Source of the DNA: Pseudomonas sp. PIC25 | GTDB lineage: Bacteria > Pseudomonadota > Gammaproteobacteria > Pseudomonadales > Pseudomonadaceae | DNA: 64,000 nt | Reading direction: 5' to 3' | Assembly: GCF_002286785.1 (NCBI RefSeq) | Contig: NZ_MUJY01000041.1 | Location: 46,710-110,709 of the forward strand | Part shown: one piece after another, positions 22,993-31,427 of the stretch | How the letters are laid out: the number at the start of each line of letters is the position of its first letter | How positions within the stretch are numbered: the first letter of the stretch is position 1 | Position numbers and translations under genes: made by a program | The notes under the pieces: generated by a model | Told to the model about the DNA's origin: nothing | Databases searched by the model: none | Seen by the model: only the letters and a program-made list of their open reading frames with translations

Positions 22993-23481
22993 TCAGTGCT
23001 TGGTCAGCTTGTCCAGATAGCCCATTGCGAACGCCGAGGCCACGAACGTCATGTGAATAATCACGTACCACATCAGCTTGGTGTCATTGATGTTTTGCGC
23101 ATCCATGAACACCTTGAGCAGGTGGATCGAGGAAATCGCCACAATGGAAGCGGCCACCTTCATCTTCAGGGAGCCGGAGTCCATCTTGCCCAACCAGTTG
23201 AGCTTCTCCTTGCCTTCGTCGATATCCAGTTGGGAGACGAAGTTCTCGTAACCGGAAATCATCACCATCACCAGCAGACCGCCTACCAGCGCCATGTCGA
23301 TAAGAGACAAAAGGACGAGGATCAGGTCGGCTTCGGCCATCGAGAAGATCGCCGGCAGCACATGGAAGATTTCCTGGAAGAATTTGATCGCCAGCGCCAG
23401 CAGGGCGAGAGACAGACCGAAATAGATCGGTGCCAGCAACCAACGGGAGGCATACATCGCGTTTTCGATAAAACGTTCCAT
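22993..23481 (-). CDS. YqhA/UPF0114 family inner-membrane protein
   Basis: [37 protein letters not shown] is the typical YqhA N-terminus. Confidence 0.7.
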   Translation of the reverse strand: MERFIENAMYASRWLLAPIYFGLSLALLALAIKFFQEIFHVLPAIFSMAEADLILVLLSLIDMALVGGLLVMVMISGYENFVSQLDIDEGKEKLNWLGKMDSGSLKMKVAASIVAISSIHLLKVFMDAQNINDTKLMWYVIIHMTFVASAFAMGYLDKLTKH

Positions 23482-23587
23482 GGGATCTCGCAGTTGAGTC
23501 GAACCGGCGCGGGAGTATACCAGCGTGTCGTGCAGGACCAAGACCGGACAGGGCGTTGGAAATACGCGTTAAAGATTGCGAATCGAG

Positions 23588-23620
23588 TTATCCCCGTGGA
23601 CTGTGGATAAAGCTGTGAAT
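23588..23620. promoter_or_regulatory. DnaA-box-like inverted-repeat motif, copy 1 (yqhA promoter region)
   Basis: TTATCCCCG-N5-TGTGGATAA-AG-CTGTGAAT. TGTGGATAA is the exact reverse complement of the DnaA box TTATCCACA. Confidence 0.4.
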
Positions 23621-23696
23621 CAGCACGGGAAGAATCTCTGCCACCGTGCAACCACGCAGTCTTCCTCGGGTTGCACAAAAGCTGAGCAGCCTCGTT

Positions 23697-24038
23697 TCAG
23701 CTCTCGGGCCGGAACTGGTAGTCGCCCAGATGCCGGCAGCGCTCGCCGTTCAGGCGGCGCAGCTCGGCCTGCAGATGCAGGCGCCAGATCATGGGTTCGG
23801 AGCAAGCTTCATAGCCTTGAACGGCCAGGCTTTCGGCTATCGCATCGAGTACGCCTTCGGCCACGAAAGGCCCGTGGAATGGGCCTTGGGACTTGATTGC
23901 GGAAGGTTGGGAGCCGGACATGCCAGCCGCGCAGAGAAGGGTCCAGAGCCCTCGCTCGCCGGCCAGAGGCAACACCACACATTCGATGCGCGTCACCAGT
24001 CCCAGGCATTGGCGGGTAAGACAGAGGCTGCGCGGCAT
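23697..24038 (-). CDS. Hypothetical protein (113 aa; start assigned at MPRSLCL)
   Basis: ORF lies between the two copies of the motif. There is no recognisable domain. Start is uncertain. Confidence 0.4.
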   Translation of the reverse strand: MPRSLCLTRQCLGLVTRIECVVLPLAGERGLWTLLCAAGMSGSQPSAIKSQGPFHGPFVAEGVLDAIAESLAVQGYEACSEPMIWRLHLQAELRRLNGERCRHLGDYQFRPES

Positions 24039-24105
24039 GGCGGCGTTCCTCACAGGGTCCGGTCTCCAGCCTACACCCCGACAGGCTGCCGAGGGAAGGC
24101 TCGGG

Positions 24106-24138
24106 TTATCCCCGGCAGCTGTGGATAACACTGTGGAC
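24106..24138. promoter_or_regulatory. DnaA-box-like inverted-repeat motif, copy 2
   Basis: TTATCCCCG-N5-TGTGGATAA-CA-CTGTGGAC. Same architecture as copy 1, located 518 bp away. Confidence 0.4.
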
Positions 24139-24233
24139 GACGCGGGGGTAGATCGCCACGCGCGCCGCCCAGCGTGGCCGTCTTGCCACTGCTCACTGGC
24201 TGACCAGCTAGCAGCGGCATCGCAACCCGTGGT

Positions 24234-26735
24234 TCACGCCGCCCCGGAGCCCTTCGGCTTGGGCGTACCCGGTTCCTTGGCCGGGCCTTTGCGGGTGGGC
24301 TTCTTCGCCGCCACCGCCGTGTTGATTTCCTCGGCGAGGGCCTTGGCCGGCCCCTTGTCTTCCTCTTCCATGCCCATCTCGGCGATTTCACGCAGGCGCT
24401 GCACCACCCGGGCATTCACACTGCCCTCGGGGAACTGCCCCTTCTCATCCGGAGTGCCGGCCGCTTCGCCCACCAGCAGCCCGAGCGCCTCGTCGACCTG
24501 GCGCACCGCGTAGACGTGGAAACGCCCTTCGCGCACAGCCTGCAGTACGCGATCGTCGAGCATCAGGTTGGTGACGTTGGCATAGGGAATGATCACCCCC
24601 TGTTCGCCCGTCAATCCTCGCGCCTCACAGAGGCGGAAGAAGCCTTCGATCTTCTCGTTGACCCCACCGACTGCCTGCACCTCGCCGAACTGGTTGATCG
24701 AGCCGGTGATGGCGAAGCACTGCTTGAGCGGTGTGCGCGACAGCGCGGAAATCAGTGTGCAGACTTCGCCCAGCGAGGCACTGTCGCCGTCGACGTAACC
24801 GTAGGACTGCTCCAGGGCGATGCTGGCGGAAATCTCCAGGGGAAACTCCTGGGCGTAGCGGCTGCCAAGGTAGCCGGTCAGGATCATCACCCCCTTCGAG
24901 TGGATCGGCTGACCGAGATTGACCTCGCGCTCGATGTCGACGATGCCGCTACCGCCCGGATAGACAGTGGCGGAAATCCGCGCCGGCACGCCGAACGCCG
25001 AATCACCCACCTCCAGCACTGTCAGGCCGTTGCATTTGCCGATGGCGGCGCCTTCGGTGTCGATCAGAATGATGCCTGCCAGCATGTCGTCGAGAATCCG
25101 CGCCGACACACGCCCCGTCCGGGTGGCCTTGGCCTTGAGCGCACGCTCGATATGGCCGACGTCGGTCACCGTGTCGCTGGCCAGTTGGCGGACGAAATCG
25201 GCTTCGCTGACCAGCTGGAAGAGATCGCCGATGCGTGCCGACAAGCGCCCCTGGTGCTCGGCCAGACGCGCGCTGTAGGTCGCCAGCCGGGCAACGGCGG
25301 CGGACGTCAGCGGTGCCATCCCTTCCTCCGAAGTGCGCGTCTTCAGCAATTGGGCGAATTGCTCCAGGCTGTCTTCGGCCAGCGGGATTTCCTCATCGAA
25401 GTCCACCAGGACGCGGAACATCTCCTGGAAGTCCGGATCGAGGTCCTGCAGCGTGTAATAAAGCTGGCGGGAGCCAATGATGATCACCTTGATCTGCAAC
25501 GGGATCACCTGCGGCGTGAGCGTCACTGTCGCCAGGCGCCCCAACTCGGCCAGCGGCGATTCCATTTTCAACTGCCGCGAATGCAGGGCACGCTTGAGGG
25601 CATCCCAGACGAACGGCTCGCCGAAGAGTTTCTCCGCTTCCAGCACCAGGTATCCGCCGTTGGCGCGATGCAGCGCCCCCGGACGCAATTGCCGGTAGCT
25701 GGTATACAGCGCGCCCTGGTCGGTGCTGTATTCGATGCGGCCGAACAGGTTGTCGTAGGTCGGGTGCGACTCGAACACCACCGGAGCCCCACCGCTGGCA
25801 TGGTGACCGACGATCAGGCTCGGGCTGTACTGGTCTTCCAGCATCTCGCGGCGCTGGGCATCCAGCTTATCGTCCAGCAACTGATCGACCACCGTTTTCA
25901 GCAGATTCACCTGCATGGCCTGGAGGTAGGCGCAAACTCCAGCGCACTCGGCATACTTTTCCGACAGAGGGGCCAGCAACGGCTGAAGCGCCAGGGTGAT
26001 GGTCTCCTCGTTGAGCTGGCGCAACTGGTTGCTCGACTCGCGCTTCCATTGCGGCAGGCTGGCCAGCTCTTCGTTCAAGCGCTCTTCCAGCACCGCGATA
26101 TCGCTATGGAATCGTTCGCGTTCGGCCTCCGGCAACTGAGCGAATTCGGCCTCGTCTAGCGCCTTGCCGTCCTTCATTGGCGTAAAAGCGATATTCGCGC
26201 TGTCGCGGTAAAGAGCGATGCCCTTCTCCAGCGACAACCGTTCGATCACGTCCAAAGCGCGGTCGTAGCGCTGGTTGAAGGCGCGATCGATGGCATTCTT
26301 GCGCTGCTGGTAGGTGGGATGTTCGAACACCGCCGGGAAGGTGGACAGCAGGTTGTCGATCAACTGGTTGACGTCGGCGATGAAATCGCTCGCGGTGCCG
26401 GCCGGAAGCTCCAGCACCTTGGGCTCCCGGGGCTCGTCGAAATTGTTCACATAGACCCAGTCGACCGGGGTCTCCAGACGCTTGGCTTCCGCCTTCAGGT
26501 AGCGCTGGACGAAGGAAAAGCGGCCGGTTCCCGGCTCACCCATGACGAACACGTTGTAGCCGGGGCGCGGCATCGCCACGCCGAACTGCAGCGCCTCGAC
26601 CGCACGCTCCTGGCCAAGCACGCCACGGAAGGGCTCCAGATCATCGGTGGTGGTGAAGGCGAACTGGGAGGGATCGAAGGGGCGGGTCAGGGCGTCGGGT
26701 GCCAGGCGCAAGCCGGCAGCGAAAGGATCGGGCAT
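24234..26735 (-). CDS. Lon-like ATP-dependent protease (AAA+ ATPase plus S16 peptidase domain; no Lon N-domain)
   Basis: Walker A (GEPGTGRFS) and a C-terminal Lon proteolytic domain (VDGDSASLGEV...ITGSINQFGEVQAVGGVNEKIEGF). The true start MPDPFAAGL is at 26735; the track ORF is extended. Confidence 0.85.
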   Translation of the reverse strand: MPDPFAAGLRLAPDALTRPFDPSQFAFTTTDDLEPFRGVLGQERAVEALQFGVAMPRPGYNVFVMGEPGTGRFSFVQRYLKAEAKRLETPVDWVYVNNFDEPREPKVLELPAGTASDFIADVNQLIDNLLSTFPAVFEHPTYQQRKNAIDRAFNQRYDRALDVIERLSLEKGIALYRDSANIAFTPMKDGKALDEAEFAQLPEAERERFHSDIAVLEERLNEELASLPQWKRESSNQLRQLNEETITLALQPLLAPLSEKYAECAGVCAYLQAMQVNLLKTVVDQLLDDKLDAQRREMLEDQYSPSLIVGHHASGGAPVVFESHPTYDNLFGRIEYSTDQGALYTSYRQLRPGALHRANGGYLVLEAEKLFGEPFVWDALKRALHSRQLKMESPLAELGRLATVTLTPQVIPLQIKVIIIGSRQLYYTLQDLDPDFQEMFRVLVDFDEEIPLAEDSLEQFAQLLKTRTSEEGMAPLTSAAVARLATYSARLAEHQGRLSARIGDLFQLVSEADFVRQLASDTVTDVGHIERALKAKATRTGRVSARILDDMLAGIILIDTEGAAIGKCNGLTVLEVGDSAFGVPARISATVYPGGSGIVDIEREVNLGQPIHSKGVMILTGYLGSRYAQEFPLEISASIALEQSYGYVDGDSASLGEVCTLISALSRTPLKQCFAITGSINQFGEVQAVGGVNEKIEGFFRLCEARGLTGEQGVIIPYANVTNLMLDDRVLQAVREGRFHVYAVRQVDEALGLLVGEAAGTPDEKGQFPEGSVNARVVQRLREIAEMGMEEEDKGPAKALAEEINTAVAAKKPTRKGPAKEPGTPKPKGSGAA

Positions 26736-26821
26736 CGGACATCCTTGAATCGGGCGGCAACAGCCGCGGGGGTGTTGCCTGCATTCTGGCGCTGCCCGTG
26801 CGCTCCTGGCAAGGCGTTCAC

Positions 26822-27145
26822 TCAGCCGGCCCGATCCGCGCATTGCAGGCAGAATTCGGCCACCGGAAGCGCCGCCAGCCGCCGCTCGTCGATTGGTTCG
26901 CCGCAACGCTGGCAGTATCCGTAGCGTCCTTCGGCAAGGCGCAGCCTGGCCAGACCGACCTGACGCAAACCGGACTCGGCCTCCGCCAGCAGGGCCTCCA
27001 ACACCTCGTCGTTCTCCCGCTGCGTCGCCTGCTCGGCGAAGTCGGGCGAGTGGCTGCACGCCAAGTCGCGGCGGATCGCCGCGGCGCGGGCCGCATACTC
27101 GGCAGCCAGGTTATCCAGGGCGGATCGGGGGTCGAACGAGGTCAT
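26822..27145 (-). CDS. TraR/DksA family C4-type zinc-finger protein
   Basis: CQRCGEPIDERRLAALPVAEFCLQC four-Cys finger, 107 aa. RBS CAGGAG. Confidence 0.75.
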   Translation of the reverse strand: MTSFDPRSALDNLAAEYAARAAAIRRDLACSHSPDFAEQATQRENDEVLEALLAEAESGLRQVGLARLRLAEGRYGYCQRCGEPIDERRLAALPVAEFCLQCADRAG

Positions 27146-27316
27146 GACGGACTCCTGGGAACGATGGCCCGGCCGGCCGGGCTCTTCGGTAACCAGTGTG
27201 TCGCCTTCGCCGCAATGGGCACTGATCCACATCAAGGAGGACGCAGGCCATCTGCCACTCGCTTGACAGCCCCGTCGACCTATCCAAAGCTCGACCGGAC
27301 CAAGAGAAGAAGAAGA

Positions 27317-29157
27317 GTGACCTTGAAACGGATTTTGCCGTACCTCGCACTGAGTCTCTGCTCCCCGCTGCCTGCCGCTTCCCTGCCCTCCGGCGACCAT
27401 CTCGACACACTCGCCGAAGCGCCCTATTGGCTCGCCCTCGGCCATTACGAACGCGGCAAGCTGGGCGGCTGGCGCAGTTATGTGGACGACGCCGGTTTCT
27501 TCCTCGCCGCCGAGGGCGACAGCGATCCCGCCGCCGAACTGCGCGCCACCGTCGAGGCGTTGTATGCCCCTGCCAGCCTCGGCGACAAACACGCGCAGTG
27601 CGTCTATCCGGCCCGCACCCGCTGGCTGCGCGAACAGTTGCGACTGGCTGACCTGCCCGAAGCGGCATGCCAGGAATACCGCACCTGGTATCAAGACGTG
27701 AATCCGCACAGTACGGTGCTGGTGTTCCCCGCTGCCTACCTGAACAGCCCGTCATCGATGTTCGGCCACACCCTGCTGCGCATCGACCAGGCTGACGTCG
27801 ACAGCCATGGCACCGCCCTGCTCAGCTACGCACTGAACTTCGGCGCCTACATCGAGGGCATGGACAACAGCCTGCTCTATGCCTGGAAAGGCCTGATGGG
27901 TGGCTATCCCGGCCTGTTCGCCCTGGTGCCCTACCGCGACAAGCTGGGCGAATACAGCCGCCTGGAAAACCGCGATCTCTGGGAATACCGCCTGAACCTG
28001 ACGCCCGAAGAGACCGGGCGCATGGTGGAGCACGTCTGGGAACTCAAGCAGGTCCGCTTCGATTACTACTTTTTCGACGAGAACTGTTCCTACCGCCTGC
28101 TGGAACTGCTGGAGGTCGCCCGCCCCGGCATCGAACTGACCGACGACTTTCCTCTGACCGCCATTCCCACCGACACCGTCCGGGCCGTGGTGGACGCCGG
28201 GCTGGTCGAGCGAATCGACTATCGCCCCTCGCGCGAACGCGAACTGTTGGCACGCGCCGAGCCGCTCGAACGCGACGAGCAGAACTGGGTCCTGCGCCTC
28301 GCCGACGACGAATCGCTACTGGGCGACCCCGCGTTCCTGGCGCCCTGGCCCAGGACGCCGCCTTCCGCCTGGTGCGCTACCGAGCGACCGGCGAAGAGCG
28401 CAACCGTACCATCGCCACGCGCAGTTTCCGCCTGTTACAGGGCATCAACCGTAACCCACCGCCAACGCTGGACATCGAACGCCCCGGCCTGCCCGAACAA
28501 GGTCATCGATCACGGACCTGGCAGCTCGGCCTCGGCAGCCGCGACGAGCGGGCCTTCGCCGAGTATGGCCTGCGCATGGCCTATCACGACCTCAACGACA
28601 ACCTGCACGGCTTCCCGCTGGGCGCGCAGATCGAAATCCTTCAGCTCAAGATGCGCCAGTACGAAGGCAATCACTGGCAGCTACAGCGTCTGGATCTCGC
28701 CACCATCCGCTCGCTGACGCCACGCAATCACCTGCTCCAGCCCTGGTCCTGGCAGGTCGCCGGCGGGCTCGAGCGCGTGCCCGGCGAAAACGGCGACGAG
28801 CGTCTGGTCGGCCACTTCAATGGAGGCGTGGGCGGCACCTGGAAACTGAGAGAAGACCTGCTCGGCTTTGCCCTCGCCACCGCGCGCATCGAGCACAACC
28901 CGGACTTCGCCGCCGCCATCGCTCCGGCGCTCGGCTTCGATACCGGCGTGCTCTGGCGCAACCCCGTTGGCAACCTGACCCTGGAAGCCAAGGGCGACTA
29001 CTTCCACAACGGCGAAGTCCGTCGCAGTCTCGGCCTGACCCAGCAATGGGAAGCCTCCCCCCGCCTGGGCTTGCGGCTGAGCGCCGAACGCCAGTTCAGC
29101 AGCCTGACGCCCCCGGAGAACGAGCTGATGCTGCAACTGCGCTGGTATCACTACTAG
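27317..29157 (+). pseudogene. DUF4105-like periplasmic protein, interrupted by an apparent -1 frameshift at about 28343-28345
   Basis: A signal peptide after a GTG start. The 5' part (27317-28342) and 3' part (28345-29157) are both coding-like but sit in different frames, switching within GCGCCCTGGCCC. Confidence 0.55.
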
Positions 29158-29158
29158 C

Positions 29159-30778
29159 TCAGCCCTCAGGATGCGAAACCACGGCGCCCCACTCCAGCCC
29201 GAACCGCGCCAGGTACTTGCGCAACCGGTCGGCGTCGTTGGGATTGGCCTTGCCTTGGCGCGACACAGCGAACAGCCGCCGACCGGCATCCGACAGGCTG
29301 CGCGCCTCGCGGCAAACGCCGATCACGGACTCCAGTTGCAGCCGGTCGAAGAGGTCCAGCCCAGCCAGTGTCTCGTCGCCCAGTAACGCACGCAGCGGGG
29401 TCGCGTCGGGTCCATCGCTTTGCCAGGCGCGCCGCAACCGTTGCAGTTCCTCCTCCACCAGTGTTTCGTCGATCCGGCCGCTGTCGGCCAACGTCGCCAT
29501 TCGCGTGACGGAGGCCGACAGTTCGCGGAAATTGCCGGCCCAGCGCGCCTCCGCCGAAGTGGCGAACGCCAGGTAGCGGCGCCGCGCCTCGACGTTGAAA
29601 CGCACCTGCCGACCCAGCTCGCGAGCATGCCGTTCCAGCTCGAAATCGATGTTCGGCTCGATGTCCTCGCGCCGCCCGGCGAGACCGGGCAGCTCGAACG
29701 TCCATAGATTGATACGGGCAAACAGGTCCTCGCGGAACAGCCCGTCCGTCACCCGACCGCGCAGGTCTCGGTGCGTGCCGGCGATCAGGAGGAAGTCGCT
29801 TTCCACCTCCCGGTCGCTGCCCAACGGGAAGAAGCGCCGTTCCTCGATGGCCTTGAGCAGCATGGCTTGCTCGTCCAGGCCCAGTTCGCCGATCTCGTCG
29901 AGAAACAGCATGCCGCCGTCGGCCGCCCGCAACAGGCCATCGCGCGCATTCTGCGCTCCGGTGAAAGCACCTTTGACATGGCCGAACAACGCGGACATGG
30001 CACCATCGCCGCGCAAGGTCGCGCAGTTCACTTCGACGAAGCGGCCTTGGATCTGATGCCGTGCACGCTTCAGCTCGTAGATTCGCCGTGCCAGGAACGA
30101 CTTGCCCGCCCCCGTGGGCCCCACCAGCAGCATGGGCGCCCTGGAGCGAATGGCGACCCGCTCGATCTGCTCGACGGAACGGTTGAACGCCGCGTTGCGC
30201 GTGGCGATACCCGACTTGAGAAAGGCCAGCGTCTCTTGGCGCTCGCGGCGAAAACGCGAGGCGATGCGGTCGTAGCGCGACAGGTCGAGATCGATCAGGG
30301 TGTGGATGCCACTGGCCTTCCGCTCGGTATCCAGGCGCCGGGCCGGTGACGTCTGGACCAGCCGCGCAGGCAGATAACGCGCCTCGGTGAGCAGAAACCA
30401 GCAAATCTGCGCCACATGGGTCCCGGTGGTGATGTGCACCAGATAATCCTCATGCTCGGTATCGAAGGCGTAGCCCGAGGTGAAGTCGTGCAGAGCCCCG
30501 TAGACCTCTTCGAAATCCCAAGGATCGCGCAGTTGCATCGCATGCAGACGCACCTCGGTTTCCGGCGATACCTGGGCGATGTCATCGCGGATGCGCTCGG
30601 CCAGCCCCCGGTCGCGGGCATCCTCGCAGTGGATCAGCTCCAGGCGATGGATCAGCAGGTCGGGCTGCTGGCATAAGCCGACCGTGGGGCGCCATTTTCT
30701 CCAGCGTTCCGCGCCCTTGCCCACCCGGTCGAGAGTCGTTCCGAGAAAGCCGATGGCCACGGTTTGCCTTTCCGTCAT
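29159..30778 (-). CDS. rtcR: Sigma-54-dependent transcriptional regulator RtcR (N-terminal CARF-like sensor, AAA+ domain, HTH)
   Basis: Walker A (GPTGAGKS), the GAFTGA motif and a C-terminal HTH, 539 aa. Divergent from the rtcB operon. Confidence 0.9.
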   Translation of the reverse strand: MTERQTVAIGFLGTTLDRVGKGAERWRKWRPTVGLCQQPDLLIHRLELIHCEDARDRGLAERIRDDIAQVSPETEVRLHAMQLRDPWDFEEVYGALHDFTSGYAFDTEHEDYLVHITTGTHVAQICWFLLTEARYLPARLVQTSPARRLDTERKASGIHTLIDLDLSRYDRIASRFRRERQETLAFLKSGIATRNAAFNRSVEQIERVAIRSRAPMLLVGPTGAGKSFLARRIYELKRARHQIQGRFVEVNCATLRGDGAMSALFGHVKGAFTGAQNARDGLLRAADGGMLFLDEIGELGLDEQAMLLKAIEERRFFPLGSDREVESDFLLIAGTHRDLRGRVTDGLFREDLFARINLWTFELPGLAGRREDIEPNIDFELERHARELGRQVRFNVEARRRYLAFATSAEARWAGNFRELSASVTRMATLADSGRIDETLVEEELQRLRRAWQSDGPDATPLRALLGDETLAGLDLFDRLQLESVIGVCREARSLSDAGRRLFAVSRQGKANPNDADRLRKYLARFGLEWGAVVSHPEG

Positions 30779-30780
30779 AG

Positions 30781-30840
30781 CGATACCTAAAGATAAATAG
30801 CGATACAAAAATATAGCGTTTATCGTCATTCTCGATACAG
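30781..30840. promoter_or_regulatory. AT-rich upstream region with CGATAC repeats; candidate RtcR/IHF upstream activating region
   Basis: CGATAC at 30781, 30801 and 30833, plus an inverted TATCG at 30821. The tract is about 35% GC in a roughly 65% GC genome. Confidence 0.3.
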
Positions 30841-30926
30841 CCGGATTACTTCCATCTCGCCTCACCCAGAAATAATTTCTTTAATTTCAAATAGATAAGA
30901 AATAAAGCGAAGCGACAGAGCACTCC

Positions 30927-30942
30927 TGGCACGCCACTCGCT
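30927..30942 (+). promoter_or_regulatory. Sigma-54 (RpoN) promoter of the rtc operon
   Basis: TGGCAC-gccac-TCGCT, close to the consensus TGGCAC-N5-TTGCW. Sits downstream of the AT-rich region and points towards rtcB. Confidence 0.65.
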
Positions 30943-31058
30943 ATATCCCTTCCGACCGCATCGCCATGCAGGCCGACGGGCCGGGAGTTCCTCCCGCCGG
31001 TGCGCGGGCCCACCCTGGTGTTGGCGCCGCGTATGCCGCCGCAGCAATGATCGGTCGA

Positions 31059-31127
31059 TGCCTGGTGGCTCAGTCGGTAGAGCAGTCGCCCGAGGCGGCC
31101 GTCGCAGGTTCGAGTCCTGCCCAGGCC
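31059..31127 (+). ncRNA. tRNA-like RNA module 1 (acceptor-like stem, canonical D-arm and T-arm, anticodon arm replaced by a 6-bp triloop hairpin)
   Basis: D-arm GCTCAGTCGGTAGAGC and T-arm GCAGGTTCGAGTCCTGC are present. A 6-bp acceptor pairing TGCCTGG/CCAGGCC flanks them. The hairpin GTCGCC-CGA-GGCGGC sits where the anticodon arm would be. Confidence 0.55.
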
Positions 31128-31196
31128 TTCGATAGCTCAGTCGGGTAGAGCAGCCCTCGCAGAGGGCCTGTCGCGGGTTCGAGTCCCGCTCGAATA
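31126..31196 (+). ncRNA. tRNA-like RNA module 2, directly abutting module 1
   Basis: U8-A9 junction, D-arm GCTCAGTCGGGTAGAGC, T-arm GCGGGTTCGAGTCCCGC and a 5-bp acceptor pairing TTCGA/TCGAA. A GCCCTC-GCA-GAGGGC triloop hairpin replaces the anticodon arm. Confidence 0.55.
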
Positions 31197-31427
31197 CCTG
31201 CCCTTCCAAGGCAGTTCACACATGAGCAGTACCCGCTGGCGTGGCAAAGGGAAGGACCCGATGCCACCGCCGATCCGCCCGGCACCGAAGCCGCGCGACG
31301 GGCAGGACACGCATTGCAGCCGCAGGACGCGGCGCCGGATCAGGATGATCGCGATGCGGGCCGCCCCGACGTGCCGCGATGGACGCCCGGCGGATCGGCG
31401 AACGCCAGCACTGAAAGGAGAAGAAGA

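Noticed and set aside
24516-26159. 547-aa ORF on the plus strand
   Set aside because: It is antisense to the Lon-like protease gene, which has clear Walker and S16 motifs. It is an artefactual GC-rich open frame.
26699-27316. Upstream 206-codon extension of the DUF4105 ORF
   Set aside because: It overlaps the TraR/DksA gene on the opposite strand and is low-complexity. The real start is the GTG at 27317, which begins a signal peptide.
29166-30404. 412-aa alternative-frame ORF inside rtcR
   Set aside because: Same strand but wrong frame. The RtcR frame carries the Walker A, GAFTGA and HTH motifs.
31059-31196. Calling the two tRNA-like modules canonical tRNA genes
   Set aside because: The region between the D-arm and T-arm is only about 20 nt. 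It folds into a 6-bp stem with a 3-nt loop rather than a 5-bp stem with a 7-nt anticodon loop. The modules overlap with no spacer or CCA, and the acceptor stems have terminal mismatches. They are better described as tRNA mimics.
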